The notes below the pieces were generated by a model, which was given only the letters and a program-made list of their open reading frames with translations, was not told the DNA's origin and searched no databases. A stretch of 64,000 bases of DNA, from sequence record NC_024794.1; one strand, written 5' to 3'. A program made the position numbers and the translations under genes. Shown piece after piece: positions 16,230-28,247 of this stretch; position 1 is the first letter of the stretch; every line of letters starts with the position of its first letter. Source of the DNA: Escherichia phage vB_EcoM_PhAPEC2.

Positions 16230-17962
16230 TGGAAATGATTAGCAGTAGCCTTAATTGGTTCGTGGGTGTTGTCGAGGACAGAATGGACCCATTAAAACAA
16301 GGGCGAGTTCGAGTGCGAGTAGTTGGTCTTCATCCGGCACAGAGAGCACAAGGTGATGTACAAGGTATTCCTACAGAAAAACTTCCATGGATGACTGTTA
16401 TTCAACCTATTACGTCTGCATCAATGTCTGGTATTGGCGGATCTGTTACAGGCCCTGTCGAAGGAACTCGAGTATATGGTCATTTCTTAGACAAATGGAA
16501 AACAAACGGTATTGTACTTGGTACATATGGTGGAATTGTACGTGAAAAGCCTAATAGACTCGAAGGTTTTTCCGACCCTACAGGTCAATATCCGCGACGT
16601 TTAGGTAATGATACGAACGTATTAAACCAAGGTGGTGAAGCTGGTTATTATTCGAACTCTAACGTAATTCAAGATAACAACTTAGATTATGGTATAAACC
16701 CGGACGATACAGATTTAGCAAATATTCCAGAAGATGATGACCCTAATTTTACAATAACAGAAATGTTACGTCGTGACGAAGGTCTTCGTGATAAAGTGTA
16801 TTGGGACCATCTCGGATATCCTACCGTAGGTATTGGACACCTTATCGTAATGGAAAAGACCCGAGATATGTCTCGAATTAATAAATTGCTATCCGATCAA
16901 GTAGGGCGTGAAGTAACAGGAAATCCCGGGACTATTACATTAGAAGAAGCAACAGCTCTATTTGAGAAGGACCTTGCTAAGATGCAGAAAGACATTCGTT
17001 CTAATTCTAAAGTAGGTCCTGTTTATGCTAAAATGAACAGATCTCGCCAAATGGCATTAGAAAACATGTGCTTCCAAATGGGCGTTGGTGGTGTAGCAAA
17101 ATTCAATACTATGCTTAAAGCAATGGCCTCAGGCGATTGGAAAACTGCATACAAATCTGGACGCGATTCGTTATGGTTCCAACAGACTAAAGGACGCGCT
17201 TCACGTGTAACAACAATTATTTTAACCGGTAACATGGAATCATACGGTGTTCCTGTTAAAACACCACCTTCACCAGGAGTTGGTGCCGATTTAGTTACTA
17301 GAAATACCGATTCAGAAGACCCGGCTGGTCCTCCTGTTCCATTAGATTCACGCATCCTTTTTAAAGAACCGGAATCAAGTTATCGTGGTGAATACCCGTA
17401 TGTTCATGCTATGGAAACAGAAAGTGGTCATATCCAAGAATTTGACGATACTCCAGGTAATGAACGTTATCGCTTAGTTCATCCAACAGGGTCATATGAG
17501 GAAGTTTCTCCGTCAGGGCGTCGTACTCGTAAAACTGTAGAAGACCTTTTTGACATCACTAATGGTGATGGGAACTTCTTGATTTCTGGCGATAAGCTTG
17601 TTAACGTTGGTGCTAATGAAATATATTATAACATGGCAGACCGCCTCCATCAAATAGACGGCAATGACACAATCTTTATTCGCGGTAACCAATCTAAAAC
17701 TGTTGAAGGCGATGGAACTCTTTACGTTAAGGGTAATATCAAAATAGTTGTTGACGGAAATGCAGATATTCTTGTTAAAGGTGATGCCAAAACTCAGGTC
17801 GAAGGGAATCATGATTACACCGTCAACGGAAACGTTAAATGGACTGTTAATGGTAATGTTGATATGACTGTTGCTGGCAATTGGTCGGAGTCAATGTCTA
17901 CAATGAGCTCAATAGCTTCAGGACAATATACTGTTGACGGATCTCGTATTGATATTGGGTAA
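16229..17962 (+). CDS. 5: Baseplate central spike with tail lysozyme gp5
   Basis: 577 aa; lysozyme domain (ITEMLRRDEGLRDKVYWDHLGYPTVGIGHL) and C-terminal VxGxxxxx beta-helix repeats. Confidence 0.95.
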   Translation: MEMISSSLNWFVGVVEDRMDPLKQGRVRVRVVGLHPAQRAQGDVQGIPTEKLPWMTVIQPITSASMSGIGGSVTGPVEGTRVYGHFLDKWKTNGIVLGTYGGIVREKPNRLEGFSDPTGQYPRRLGNDTNVLNQGGEAGYYSNSNVIQDNNLDYGINPDDTDLANIPEDDDPNFTITEMLRRDEGLRDKVYWDHLGYPTVGIGHLIVMEKTRDMSRINKLLSDQVGREVTGNPGTITLEEATALFEKDLAKMQKDIRSNSKVGPVYAKMNRSRQMALENMCFQMGVGGVAKFNTMLKAMASGDWKTAYKSGRDSLWFQQTKGRASRVTTIILTGNMESYGVPVKTPPSPGVGADLVTRNTDSEDPAGPPVPLDSRILFKEPESSYRGEYPYVHAMETESGHIQEFDDTPGNERYRLVHPTGSYEEVSPSGRRTRKTVEDLFDITNGDGNFLISGDKLVNVGANEIYYNMADRLHQIDGNDTIFIRGNQSKTVEGDGTLYVKGNIKIVVDGNADILVKGDAKTQVEGNHDYTVNGNVKWTVNGNVDMTVAGNWSESMSTMSSIASGQYTVDGSRIDIG

Positions 17963-17965
17963 TAT

Positions 17966-18481
17966 ATGGCACAAATACTTCCTTTAAACACCGACTTAGG
18001 AGAAGACATGGAAGGGGCGTCTATTGACGTCCTTTTTACTCCACAGTTAGAAACAACCGAAACTTTAGTGTCAATAAATATAACAGATTATGAACCAACA
18101 CAAGGCATTACGGTAGATGGTAATCGTTTATATGGAACATATGAAAGTGTGTTTAGCTTTTCTTCGGATGCATTGAAATACCGATTAAATGATGATTTTG
18201 AAACCGCATCTTCATGGGACGATTTACCAAAAGATGAATCCACACAGTTATATTTGTGGAGAGCTCCTCAGAATCTTCGTAAAGTGTTTAGTTATACGGT
18301 TGAAATGATTTATAACTACCAAGAAGAAAGTTCATCAGGCGGTTCTAGAAGTGACTCTGGTACAGAACCTCCACCGGCTCCAGTACAAAAAACTCTTACT
18401 AAGGTTTATACAAAAACTATAGTAGGAAATTGGAGCAAATGGGCTCAACAATTACGAAACTATGTTTATGTGAGGCCGTGA
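17966..18481 (+). CDS. 5.1: gp5.1
   Basis: 171-aa ORF after gp5, as in T4. Confidence 0.7.
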   Translation: MAQILPLNTDLGEDMEGASIDVLFTPQLETTETLVSINITDYEPTQGITVDGNRLYGTYESVFSFSSDALKYRLNDDFETASSWDDLPKDESTQLYLWRAPQNLRKVFSYTVEMIYNYQEESSSGGSRSDSGTEPPPAPVQKTLTKVYTKTIVGNWSKWAQQLRNYVYVRP

Positions 18482-18483
18482 AA

Positions 18484-18777
18484 ATGTCTGGCTTAAGTTA
18501 CGACAAGTGCATTACAACAGGCCATGAAGCATGGCCTCCTACTGTAATAAATGCTTCCCAATCTAAAGTATTCACCGGCGGTATTCCTGTTCTTGTGGCA
18601 GGAGACCAAATAACACCTCATACAGAAATTAAAAAACCATACGAGACTCATGGAGGTGTTACTGAACCTCGTACATCTAAAGTATATGTCACCGGTAAAA
18701 AGGCCGTTCAAATGGCTGACCCAATTTCATGCGGGGATACTGTTTCTCAGGCCTCGTCAAAAGTCTTTATAAAATAG
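18484..18777 (+). CDS. 5.4: PAAR-repeat spike tip protein gp5.4
   Basis: 97 aa from [19 protein letters not shown]...; size and position as T4 gp5.4. Confidence 0.8.
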   Translation: MSGLSYDKCITTGHEAWPPTVINASQSKVFTGGIPVLVAGDQITPHTEIKKPYETHGGVTEPRTSKVYVTGKKAVQMADPISCGDTVSQASSKVFIK

Positions 18778-18785
18778 GAATTAAA

Positions 18786-20756
18786 ATGGCAAACACTCCT
18801 GTAAATTATCAATTAACCCGAACAGCGAATGCTATTCCCGAGATTTTTATCGGGGGCACATTTGCCGAAATCAAACAGAACATTATTGAATGGCTCAATG
18901 GACAGAATGAATTTCTTGATTATGATTTTGAAGGTTCACGCTTAAACGTATTGTGCGACCTTTTAGCATATAACACTCTTTACATCCAACAGTTCAGTAA
19001 TAGTGCAGTGTATGAAAGTTTTATGCGTACTGCAAACTTGCGTAGTTCTGTTGTACAAGCGGCTCAAGATAACGGATATCTGCCTTCATCTAAATCAGCA
19101 GCACAAACAGAAATTATGCTCACGTGTACGGATGCATTAAATAGAAACTATATCACCATTCCACGCGGCACTCGTTTCTTAGCATACGCTAAAGATACTT
19201 CTGTTAACCCGTATAACTTTGTTTCTACTGAAGATGACATTGTAGTTAAAGACAAAAATAACCAATATTTTCCACGTCTTCGATTAGCTCAAGGACGCAT
19301 TGTTCGCACTGAATTAACATTTGATAGATTAAAACCTATCATTATTCGTGATAAGAATATTGACCGTAATTTGGTTAAGTTGTATGTTGACGGAGCAGAA
19401 TGGATTAATTGGACTCGCAAATCAATGGTTCATGCTGGTTCTACTTCAACCATTTATTATATGCGAGAAACTGTTGACGGGAACACTGAATTTTATTTTG
19501 GTGAAGGTGAAATCTCTATTAGCACATCAGAAGGTGCTTTAACATCCAACTACATTGGTGGCCTTAAACCTGTCCAGGGTTCTAAAATCGTAATTGAATA
19601 TATTTCTACTAATGGTGCTGAAGCAAACGGTGCAGTAGGATTCTCTTATGCTGATACATTAGCTAATATCACAGTTATTGGAATTAATGAAAACCCAAGT
19701 AATAACCCTGACTTCGTTGGTGCGGATGGCGGCGGCGACCCTGAAGATATTGAACGTATCCGTGAATTAGGTACAATTAAACGCGAAACTCAACAACGAT
19801 GTGTGACTGCGACTGATTACGACACATTCGTCTCTGAACGATTTGGTTCTATTATTCAAGCGGTTCAGACATTTACGGATTCATCTAAGCCTGGGTACGC
19901 ATTTATTGCTGCTAAACCTAAGTCCGGGTTATATTTGACTTCAGTCCAACGAGATGATATTAAAAATTATCTTAATGAGTATAACTTAGGGACGATAACT
20001 CCTGTTGTTATTTCTCCTGATTATTTGTTTATTAAAATGAATATTCGCGTTACGTACGCATTGAACAAATTACAAGAATCTGAACAATGGTTAGAAGGCC
20101 AAATTATTAATAAAATCGACCGTTATTATATTGAAGACGTGGAAATTTTTAACTCGTCATTCGCAAAATCTAAAATGTTAACGTATGTCGATGACGCAGA
20201 TATTTCTATCATTGGTTCGTCTGCGACTATTCAAATGGTTCGCGAGGTACAGAACTTCTACAAAACACCTGAAACAGGTATTAAATACAATAACCAGATT
20301 AAAGATAGAACATTAGAATCTAACGTGTTTTCATTTGATAGTTTACGCGTTGACCCTGAAACGGAAGCTACTATTAAATACGACGTTCGCATTGTAGGTT
20401 CAGATAGAAATGACCGCGGCATTGGACAAGTTATTATTGGCCCGTTTGCAGATGGCGACGTTATAGAAAACGCTTATATTCAACCATATACTGGTGACGA
20501 TTTTAATAAACTTCATGTTACGGACGGAAGAAACAAATATTACTCTATAGGTGAAGTAAATTATCCGGCTGATTCAATTTATTGGAATATAGCTAAAATT
20601 GATTTAACTTCTGATAGGTTTGAAGTTCAAACTATTGAACTCTATTCAGACCCAGCTGATGATGTTATCTTTACTAAAGACGGGTCGTTAATTGTATTTG
20701 AAAATGACTTACGTCCGCAATATTTAACCATAGATTTGGAGCCTATTTCACAATGA
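18786..20756 (+). CDS. 6: Baseplate wedge gp6
   Basis: MANTPVNYQLTRTANAIPEIF... matches the T4 gp6 start. Confidence 0.95.
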   Translation: MANTPVNYQLTRTANAIPEIFIGGTFAEIKQNIIEWLNGQNEFLDYDFEGSRLNVLCDLLAYNTLYIQQFSNSAVYESFMRTANLRSSVVQAAQDNGYLPSSKSAAQTEIMLTCTDALNRNYITIPRGTRFLAYAKDTSVNPYNFVSTEDDIVVKDKNNQYFPRLRLAQGRIVRTELTFDRLKPIIIRDKNIDRNLVKLYVDGAEWINWTRKSMVHAGSTSTIYYMRETVDGNTEFYFGEGEISISTSEGALTSNYIGGLKPVQGSKIVIEYISTNGAEANGAVGFSYADTLANITVIGINENPSNNPDFVGADGGGDPEDIERIRELGTIKRETQQRCVTATDYDTFVSERFGSIIQAVQTFTDSSKPGYAFIAAKPKSGLYLTSVQRDDIKNYLNEYNLGTITPVVISPDYLFIKMNIRVTYALNKLQESEQWLEGQIINKIDRYYIEDVEIFNSSFAKSKMLTYVDDADISIIGSSATIQMVREVQNFYKTPETGIKYNNQIKDRTLESNVFSFDSLRVDPETEATIKYDVRIVGSDRNDRGIGQVIIGPFADGDVIENAYIQPYTGDDFNKLHVTDGRNKYYSIGEVNYPADSIYWNIAKIDLTSDRFEVQTIELYSDPADDVIFTKDGSLIVFENDLRPQYLTIDLEPISQ

Positions 20757-23700
20757 CAGTAAAAGCGCCAGCAGTCACGAGTCTCAGATTATCTAAATTG
20801 TCCGCAAACCAAGTTCAAATTCGCTGGGATGAGGTTGGCGCTAATTTCTACTATTTTGTGGAAATAGCTGAGACCAAAACAGCTAATGGGGAAGAAATTC
20901 CCCGTAATAGTTATAGATGGACTAATTTAGGATATACCGCTGATAACAATTTCTTTGAGTCTGGTTTAAATTCATTAACAACATATATGATGCGTGTGGC
21001 TACAGCAGCGGAGGGATTTGAGCAGTCTGATTGGAGATACACCGAAGAGTTTGAAACATTTGAAATAAACGCTTATACATTCCAACATATGATTGAAATG
21101 CAATTAGCTAACGAGTTTATTTCTGAAAAATTTACAAAAAATAATACAAACTACGTCGATTTTAATAATGACACGATCATGGCAGCACTGATGAGCGAGT
21201 CGTTCCAATTTAGTCCTGCGTACACCGATGTGTCATCGATTAGAAATTTTATAATTGGTGAAAATCAGTATCATGAAATCCAGGGGCATATCCAGGACGT
21301 ATGTAAAGATATAAATCGAGTATATCTAATGGAATCTGAAGGAATTCTTTACCTTTTTGAAAGATTCCAACCTATTGTAAAAGTGTCTAATGATAAAGGC
21401 CAAACATGGAAAGCGGTTAAATTGCTTAATGACCGTGTAGGATATCCACTTTCACGAACTGTATATTACCAATCAGAATATACGACGTATTTGCTCGGCT
21501 ATGATAAGATTTTTTACGGGCGTAAATCATCCGATATTCGTTGGTCTGCTGATGATGTTCGTTTCAGTTCACAAGATGTAACATTTGCTAAAATCGGGGA
21601 CCGATTAAATTTAGGTTTTGATGTAGAGATTTTCGGTACATACGCGTCATTACCAGGAAACGTATCACGTATTGCAGAAGCTATTACTTGTAATGACGAC
21701 TATGTTTATATTGCGGCCAGAGATAAAGTTCGCTTCGTTAAAACCAGTAACGCTCCTATTGATTCAGATCCATTATCTCCGACCTATTCCGAACGGTTGT
21801 TTGAACCTGAGACGTTTACAATAACAGGCAACCCTAAAGCAGTTTGTTATAAAATGGATTCTGTTGGTGGAAGAATATTCGCTCTTATTATTGGTGAAGT
21901 CGAAAATGTTAATGACGACCCAAGAACAAAGCCTATTTTGGATTCCGTTGATAAAGGTGTATACGTTTTAGACCATGACGCTGGAACATTTAAAAGGATA
22001 TTTGGTAATACCGAAGAAGAACGCCGTCGTATAGAACCGGCTTTCACTAATATGTCTACTGATGGTGTTGAGCTTTATATCTCTTCTAGTAATTTTAAAT
22101 TTTTAGAATCTGATATTGTTGACGACCCAGAAACGCAATCTAAGTATGGACTTTTAAGAGCAGTTAAGTATGAATATCCTAGAGAATGGCTCGCAGATAA
22201 ACATTACCATATGATGATTTTCGCATCAAACGAAGAAAGTAATTGGGAAACTTTTTCACCAACTCCTATGCAGTATTATGCAGAACCTTTCTTTAGTTAT
22301 TCTAGAAAATCAGGCACACGTTCTTGGATTAATAACTCTGATAGAGCGGTAGTGATTTATTCTGATTTGCTTTACACAAAGGTAGTGGAAAGCCACCCTA
22401 GCACTTCACCTGATCGTAAAGTTCATGAATACTGGAATGATGGCGATTGTAAGATTGTTATGCCGAATATAGAATTCACTGGATTTAAAAAATACGCATC
22501 TGGTATGTTGTTTTATAAATCATCAGGTGAAATAATTTCATATTACGATTTTAGTTATCGTGTTAGAGATAACGTTTCTATAATTTGGAAGCCCACTAAC
22601 GTATTCTTGACCGCCTCATTACAAAACCAAGAAAAAGAAACTTCTTGGGTTCCTGTTGAAGAGACAGGTCTAGCTGACCCGGATTTACGCCCATTACTCA
22701 CTACAATGATGCCAGAGTCTTATCTGTTGGATAATACAAACTTTGAAGCATTTTGTGAAGCGTATATTCAATATCTTTCTGATGGATACGGGACTCATTA
22801 TAATAACTTATTGAATTTGATTAAAAATAAATACCCACGAGAAGAACACGCATGGGAATATCTTTGGTCCGAAATTTATAAACGGAACATTTATTTGAAT
22901 GCTGAGAAACGTGATTTAGTTTCTAGGTTCTTTGAGTCCAGAAGTTATGATTTTTATTCTACTAAAGGAACTGAAGCGTCGTATAAGTTTTTGTTTAAAG
23001 TTCTTTATAACGAAGACGTTGAAGTGGAAATTGAGTCATCTGCTGGAACAGAGTACGATATCATAATTCAATCTGATTCTATAAGTGAAGATTTGGTTGG
23101 ACAAACTATATATACCGCTACAGGTAGATGTAATGTTACATATTTAGAAAGAAGCTATTCTAAAGGTAGATTACAATGGACTGTGACTATTCATAACCTT
23201 TTAGGTAGGCTTTTAGTCGGTCAAGAAGTAAAAGCCGAAAGACTAGCAGATTTTGAAGGTGAAATAGTTCGCGGTATTAAAGGTAAAGAACTTGCCCAAA
23301 ACACTATTGATTATTTTAATCGTGGTAGAGCTTATTACGTCATGAAAATAAAGTCAAATCTTCCGTCCTCTCGTTGGAAATCTGACGTACTACGTTTTGT
23401 ACATCCGGTAGGATTTGGATTTATTGCAATAACCTTATTAACAATGTTTATTAATACAGGATTAACGCTTAAACATGTTGAAACTATTATTAATAAATAT
23501 AAAAATTATAAATGGGATTCCGGACTGCCTACGGAATATGCAGACCGCGTCGCTCGTTTAGACCCTCAAGGTAATGTAGAATTCAATCCTGTTACAGGTG
23601 AAGTAATTTATGATGCTGGACCTTATGCCGGTATCGAATACCCTTTACCTGCAAATTATAACGAAGAAAATGATAACTCTATTTTCCAAGGACAATTACC

Positions 23701-23851
23701 GTCTGAACGACGCAAGCCAATGAGCCCATTATTTGATGCATCAGGTACAACGTTCTCTAGATTTAGAGAGCTTGTTAATGAAAGATTGTTAGATAACGTG
23801 GGAAATCCTAGAGACCCGATTAATCCACCACAGGTTAAATTAGATGAATGA
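20753..23851 (+). CDS. 7: Baseplate wedge gp7
   Basis: 1032 aa as in T4; ATGA overlap with gp6. Confidence 0.9.
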   Translation: MTVKAPAVTSLRLSKLSANQVQIRWDEVGANFYYFVEIAETKTANGEEIPRNSYRWTNLGYTADNNFFESGLNSLTTYMMRVATAAEGFEQSDWRYTEEFETFEINAYTFQHMIEMQLANEFISEKFTKNNTNYVDFNNDTIMAALMSESFQFSPAYTDVSSIRNFIIGENQYHEIQGHIQDVCKDINRVYLMESEGILYLFERFQPIVKVSNDKGQTWKAVKLLNDRVGYPLSRTVYYQSEYTTYLLGYDKIFYGRKSSDIRWSADDVRFSSQDVTFAKIGDRLNLGFDVEIFGTYASLPGNVSRIAEAITCNDDYVYIAARDKVRFVKTSNAPIDSDPLSPTYSERLFEPETFTITGNPKAVCYKMDSVGGRIFALIIGEVENVNDDPRTKPILDSVDKGVYVLDHDAGTFKRIFGNTEEERRRIEPAFTNMSTDGVELYISSSNFKFLESDIVDDPETQSKYGLLRAVKYEYPREWLADKHYHMMIFASNEESNWETFSPTPMQYYAEPFFSYSRKSGTRSWINNSDRAVVIYSDLLYTKVVESHPSTSPDRKVHEYWNDGDCKIVMPNIEFTGFKKYASGMLFYKSSGEIISYYDFSYRVRDNVSIIWKPTNVFLTASLQNQEKETSWVPVEETGLADPDLRPLLTTMMPESYLLDNTNFEAFCEAYIQYLSDGYGTHYNNLLNLIKNKYPREEHAWEYLWSEIYKRNIYLNAEKRDLVSRFFESRSYDFYSTKGTEASYKFLFKVLYNEDVEVEIESSAGTEYDIIIQSDSISEDLVGQTIYTATGRCNVTYLERSYSKGRLQWTVTIHNLLGRLLVGQEVKAERLADFEGEIVRGIKGKELAQNTIDYFNRGRAYYVMKIKSNLPSSRWKSDVLRFVHPVGFGFIAITLLTMFINTGLTLKHVETIINKYKNYKWDSGLPTEYADRVARLDPQGNVEFNPVTGEVIYDAGPYAGIEYPLPANYNEENDNSIFQGQLPSERRKPMSPLFDASGTTFSRFRELVNERLLDNVGNPRDPINPPQVKLDE

Positions 23852-24848
23852 TTCAAGTGTTGTCTATCGTGCGATAGTTACTTCAAAATTTAGAACTGAA
23901 AAAATGTTGAATTTCTACAATTCAATAGGTGATGGTGATAATAAAAACACCATCTTTATAACGTTTGGTCGGTCTGAACCATGGGCTGCTAATGAAAATG
24001 AGGTGGGCTTCGCCCCACCGTATCCAACAGACTCGGTTTTAGGTGTAACAGATATGTGGACTAACATGATGGGTTTAGTTAAAGTTATCCCATCTATGTT
24101 AGACTCGGTTATTCCTAGACGTGACTGGGGAGATATTCGTTATCCAGACCCTTATACATTCAAAATAAATGATATAGTCGTATGTAATACAGCCCCTTAT
24201 AATGCTACTGAAGTCGGGGCCGGATGGTTAGTATATCGTTGCGTAGATGTTCCTGATGTTGGGATGTGTTCTATTGAGTCTCTCGACAACAAAGAAGAAT
24301 GTCTTAAATTAGGTGGTAAATGGACTCCATCTGTTAGGTCTTTAACCCCTCCTGAAGGCCGTGGAGATGCTGAAGGGATTATCGAAGTTGGTGATGGATA
24401 TATATGGGAGTATCTTTATGAGATTCCACCTGATGTGTCTATAAACCGATGTACTAATGAATATATAGTCGTTCCATGGCCTGAAGAAGTTAAAGAAGAC
24501 CCTGCTCGTTGGGGATATGAAAACAATCTAACCTGGCAACAAGATGATTTTGGCCTTGTGTATAGAGTTAAAGCAAACATAATTCGTTTTAAAGCCTATT
24601 TAGACTCAGTTTATTTCCCTAATGCAGCACTGCCTGGTAATAAAGGATTTAGACAAATTTCTATTATCACAAACCCCTTGGAAGCTAAACTCCGTCCTAA
24701 TGACCCTAATATAAAGGCTGAAAAGGATTATTATGACCCTAGAGATTTACAGCGTCATTCTGGTGAAATGATTTATATGGAAAACCGTCCACCTATTATT
24801 ATGGCAATGGACCAAACCGAAGAGATCAATATTTTGTTTATGTTCTAA
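23844..24848 (+). CDS. 8: Baseplate wedge gp8
   Basis: 334 aa as in T4; order 7-8-9. Confidence 0.9.
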   Translation: MNDSSVVYRAIVTSKFRTEKMLNFYNSIGDGDNKNTIFITFGRSEPWAANENEVGFAPPYPTDSVLGVTDMWTNMMGLVKVIPSMLDSVIPRRDWGDIRYPDPYTFKINDIVVCNTAPYNATEVGAGWLVYRCVDVPDVGMCSIESLDNKEECLKLGGKWTPSVRSLTPPEGRGDAEGIIEVGDGYIWEYLYEIPPDVSINRCTNEYIVVPWPEEVKEDPARWGYENNLTWQQDDFGLVYRVKANIIRFKAYLDSVYFPNAALPGNKGFRQISIITNPLEAKLRPNDPNIKAEKDYYDPRDLQRHSGEMIYMENRPPIIMAMDQTEEINILFMF

Positions 24849-24852
24849 TTTA

Positions 24853-24870
24853 GGGAGACTTCGGTCTCCC
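24853..24870 (+). terminator. Stem-loop GGGAGAC-UUCG-GUCUCCC after gp8
   Basis: Perfect 7-bp stem with UUCG tetraloop followed by TTTCG; identical hairpin after gp23. Confidence 0.6.
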
Positions 24871-24877
24871 TTTCGTG

Positions 24878-24885
24878 TATAAATA
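24878..24885 (+). promoter_or_regulatory. Late promoter (TATAAATA) for gp9
   Basis: Exact consensus 26 nt upstream of the gp9 ATG. Confidence 0.65.
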
Positions 24886-24910
24886 GTATAAACTATTAAG
24901 GATTAGCCAC

Positions 24911-25774
24911 ATGTATATTCAAACTCCAAAACAATTGATTGACGTTGGCGAAATTGGTAACGCTTCTACAGGCGATATCCTTTTTGACGGCGGTGTTAAA
25001 ATAAACAATGATATAAATGCTATTTACAATGCGTTTGGTGACCAACGAAAAATGGCAACTGCTAATGGGACAGGACCAAATGGACAAATAATCCATGCCA
25101 CTGGATACTACCAAAAAGGAGGCCCTACTGATTATTTCACCCCTGTTCCAGTAGGAAGTAGACACGACATAGATGCTTCTACCGGTGGTGTTATTGTTAC
25201 TGTTGCTAGAGGTGAACTCGGCGATTCCGTGGAATTTATAAATTCAAACGGATCAATTTCGGTAAACAACCCATTAAGTATCCAAGCATTAGATTCTATT
25301 AAAGGTGTTGCAGGTAATTTAGTTATAACCACACCTTATACTAAAGTTACTCTTCGTTGTATTTCTTCTGGTGCAGGCGGTTCAATATGGGATTATTCTA
25401 CAGAAAGTATGTTTAGTCATACCGAAATTCCTGTAGACGGGACATGGAATATTATTTCAGACTATGTCAATATTCCTCTATTTTATAAAACTGAATATAA
25501 CGCTGCTAAACTTTTGGTTACATGCCAATCTGCCAACGGTAGAAAAATTAAATCATGTGAAATAAATATTCTAATAGATACAATTAATTCAAGAGTTATT
25601 TCAACCGAATACGCAGTGATGCGCGTTGGTAATGATAACGAAGAAGATGAAATTGCGAATATTAGTTTTTCAATAATTAACAATTTTGCCACTATGACAG
25701 TTTCTTCACATATAAATGGTCTTCGAGTGGCAGCTAAAGTTATTTCAACTCAGAAAATTAGGGTCGCTCAATAA
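24911..25774 (+). CDS. 9: Long-tail-fibre socket gp9
   Basis: MYIQTPKQLIDVGEIGNASTGDILFDGG... near-identical to T4 gp9. Confidence 0.95.
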   Translation: MYIQTPKQLIDVGEIGNASTGDILFDGGVKINNDINAIYNAFGDQRKMATANGTGPNGQIIHATGYYQKGGPTDYFTPVPVGSRHDIDASTGGVIVTVARGELGDSVEFINSNGSISVNNPLSIQALDSIKGVAGNLVITTPYTKVTLRCISSGAGGSIWDYSTESMFSHTEIPVDGTWNIISDYVNIPLFYKTEYNAAKLLVTCQSANGRKIKSCEINILIDTINSRVISTEYAVMRVGNDNEEDEIANISFSIINNFATMTVSSHINGLRVAAKVISTQKIRVAQ

Positions 25775-27588
25775 TGAAACAAAATATTAAAATTGGGAAC
25801 GTCGTTGATGACGGACAAGGCGATTACCTTCGTCGTGGTGGTGCAAAAATTAATGAAAACTTTGATGAGTTGTATTATGAATTAGGCGATGGCGAAGTTC
25901 CGTATTCCGCTGGTGCCTGGAAAACATACCATTCTTCAGATGGACTTAATTTAGCTGCTGAATGGGGTAAATCATACGCAATTGATACTTCAACAGGGCG
26001 TGTTTCTATAAATTTACCTAAAGGAACAGTGGAAGATTATAATAAAGTAATTAGAGCCCGTGATGTATTCGCCACATGGAATATTAACCCTGTAACATTA
26101 ATTGCTGCCAGCGGTGATACTATTAAAGGTTCTTCTAACCCAGTAGAAATCAATGTGCAGTTTTCAGACTTAGAATTAGTTTACTGTTCTCCTGGGCGCT
26201 GGGAATACGTTAAAAATAAACAAATAGACAAAATTACTAGTTCTGATATTAGTAGTGTAGCTCGTAAAGAATTTTTAGTCGAAGTTCAAGGTCAAACTGA
26301 TTTTCTTGATGTATTTGGGCCTGTTTCTTATAATGTGAATAATATCCGTGTAAAACATCGTGGTAACGAATTATACTACGGTGACGTGTTCAGTGACAAT
26401 AGTGACTTTGGTTCTCCAGGAGCTAATCCTGGTGAAATCGTTGCATTAGATGGTAAAAACATCCGTTTAAGACAACCATGTAATATCGGCGACACCGTAC
26501 AAATTGAAACCTTTTTAGATGGGATTACACAATTACGTAGTTCTTATTCTCGCCGCCAAATACGTATTTTAGATTCGAAATTAACAACCCGTCCTTCCTT
26601 AGAAGGAAGTGTATATGTCGCGGATTTGTCAACTTTGAAATCTATTCCTTTTTCGGCATTTGGAGTTAATCCTTCAGAACCGGTCAATACCAATTCTTTA
26701 GAAGTTCGTTTTAACGGTATTCTTCAAGAATTAGCTGGTACTGTTGGTTTACCTATGTTCAGATGTGAAGGTGCTGATGCAGAAACTTCTACCGAGTGTT
26801 CAGCTTTAGGTGGGACTTGGGTTACATCTAACACCGATTATTCTATTGAATATGATGATAACGATGCAACTATTGCACGTGCTTTAGTCTTTGACCGTAA
26901 GTTTGAAGACCAAGACATTATTGATATTACATGGTTTAATAACGATTTAGGCACTTTATTAAGTATCGATGACATTTTAGATACAACTGATGAAAGGTAT
27001 GTCGCACAAGGTGCAACCGTAAATGTGACCGGCGATGTGGCTTTGACAGATTTCAATAATATCGGATGGCCTAATGTAGAATCTGTTCCTGCATATAGCA
27101 GGGAATTCTCGTCTATTGCAAATATTTTTAACACCATTTACCCTGTCGGTACTATTTACGAAAATGCAGTGAACCCTAATAACCCAGCCACGTATTTAGG
27201 ATTTGGCTCTTGGAAATTATGGGGACAAGGAAAAGTATTAGTTGGATGGAACGACGATATTAGCGATCCTAATTTTGCATTAAATAATAACGACCTTGAT
27301 TCTAGCGGGAATCCTACACATACCGCTGGTGGAACAGTCGGAACAACGTCTAACACACTAACTAATTCTGATTTACCTCCTACTCAAACTGACGAGAAAG
27401 TTCTTATTTCCGATGAGAACGGTACAATTATTATTGGTGGTTGTCAATACGACCCTGATGCAGAAGGTCCTATATACACCAAATACCGTGAAGGCCACGC
27501 CACAACGAATAGTACACACATACCGCCTCAAGCCGTAAATAATATTCAACCGTCAATTACCGTATATCGTTGGGTAAGGATTGCATAA
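25774..27588 (+). CDS. 10: Baseplate wedge / short-fibre attachment gp10
   Basis: 604 aa (T4 602); order. Confidence 0.9.
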   Translation: MKQNIKIGNVVDDGQGDYLRRGGAKINENFDELYYELGDGEVPYSAGAWKTYHSSDGLNLAAEWGKSYAIDTSTGRVSINLPKGTVEDYNKVIRARDVFATWNINPVTLIAASGDTIKGSSNPVEINVQFSDLELVYCSPGRWEYVKNKQIDKITSSDISSVARKEFLVEVQGQTDFLDVFGPVSYNVNNIRVKHRGNELYYGDVFSDNSDFGSPGANPGEIVALDGKNIRLRQPCNIGDTVQIETFLDGITQLRSSYSRRQIRILDSKLTTRPSLEGSVYVADLSTLKSIPFSAFGVNPSEPVNTNSLEVRFNGILQELAGTVGLPMFRCEGADAETSTECSALGGTWVTSNTDYSIEYDDNDATIARALVFDRKFEDQDIIDITWFNNDLGTLLSIDDILDTTDERYVAQGATVNVTGDVALTDFNNIGWPNVESVPAYSREFSSIANIFNTIYPVGTIYENAVNPNNPATYLGFGSWKLWGQGKVLVGWNDDISDPNFALNNNDLDSSGNPTHTAGGTVGTTSNTLTNSDLPPTQTDEKVLISDENGTIIIGGCQYDPDAEGPIYTKYREGHATTNSTHIPPQAVNNIQPSITVYRWVRIA

Positions 27589-28247
27589 TGACCATACTTA
27601 ATACTAAAGCGGGAGTAATATCCCGCGAAGCAGATTTTTTAGGATTTAGAAAAAATCCTACTCAAATTGATATTTTAAACAACCAAGGCGTAGGTTCTGT
27701 AACCATTTCTCAATTGGCAAAAGGATTCTATGATGATAACGTAGAATCTGCAATAAACGATGTTCATAATATTGCTAGAGCAGATGTAGGAACAGTTACA
27801 ATTAACACCTCAGGTGTATCTCCTGAAGGAACTTCACAGGTAGATTATTGGTCCTTTAGTGGAAGTGTAACTGACCCTAGTTTGCCCGATGGAAGCCCTG
27901 TTATTGTAAAAGTTTACGGGCTTCCTGTTAATGCTACTGTAGGTATGACAGCCGACGAATTTGTTGTACAATTACGTACTACTCTCCGGAATGCGATTTC
28001 CGACCAATTGGCTATTGCAGAGTATAAAGATGACCCTAATGTTGGGACTAGATTACAAATAACATATTTAGATAACCAAAGACACGTACTCCCAACGTAT
28101 TCCTCTTATGGTATCACGGTTTCTCAAGAAATAGTGTCTCAGGCTAAGTCCGGGTACGGCACTTGGAATTTACTAGGTGCGCAAACCATTACTCTTGACA
28201 ACCATACTTCACCTACAACCTTTTATTATTTTGTGAGAACCGCATGA
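27588..28247 (+). CDS. 11: Baseplate wedge gp11
   Basis: 219 aa from [13 protein letters not shown]...; TAATG overlap with gp10. Confidence 0.9.
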   Translation: MTILNTKAGVISREADFLGFRKNPTQIDILNNQGVGSVTISQLAKGFYDDNVESAINDVHNIARADVGTVTINTSGVSPEGTSQVDYWSFSGSVTDPSLPDGSPVIVKVYGLPVNATVGMTADEFVVQLRTTLRNAISDQLAIAEYKDDPNVGTRLQITYLDNQRHVLPTYSSYGITVSQEIVSQAKSGYGTWNLLGAQTITLDNHTSPTTFYYFVRTA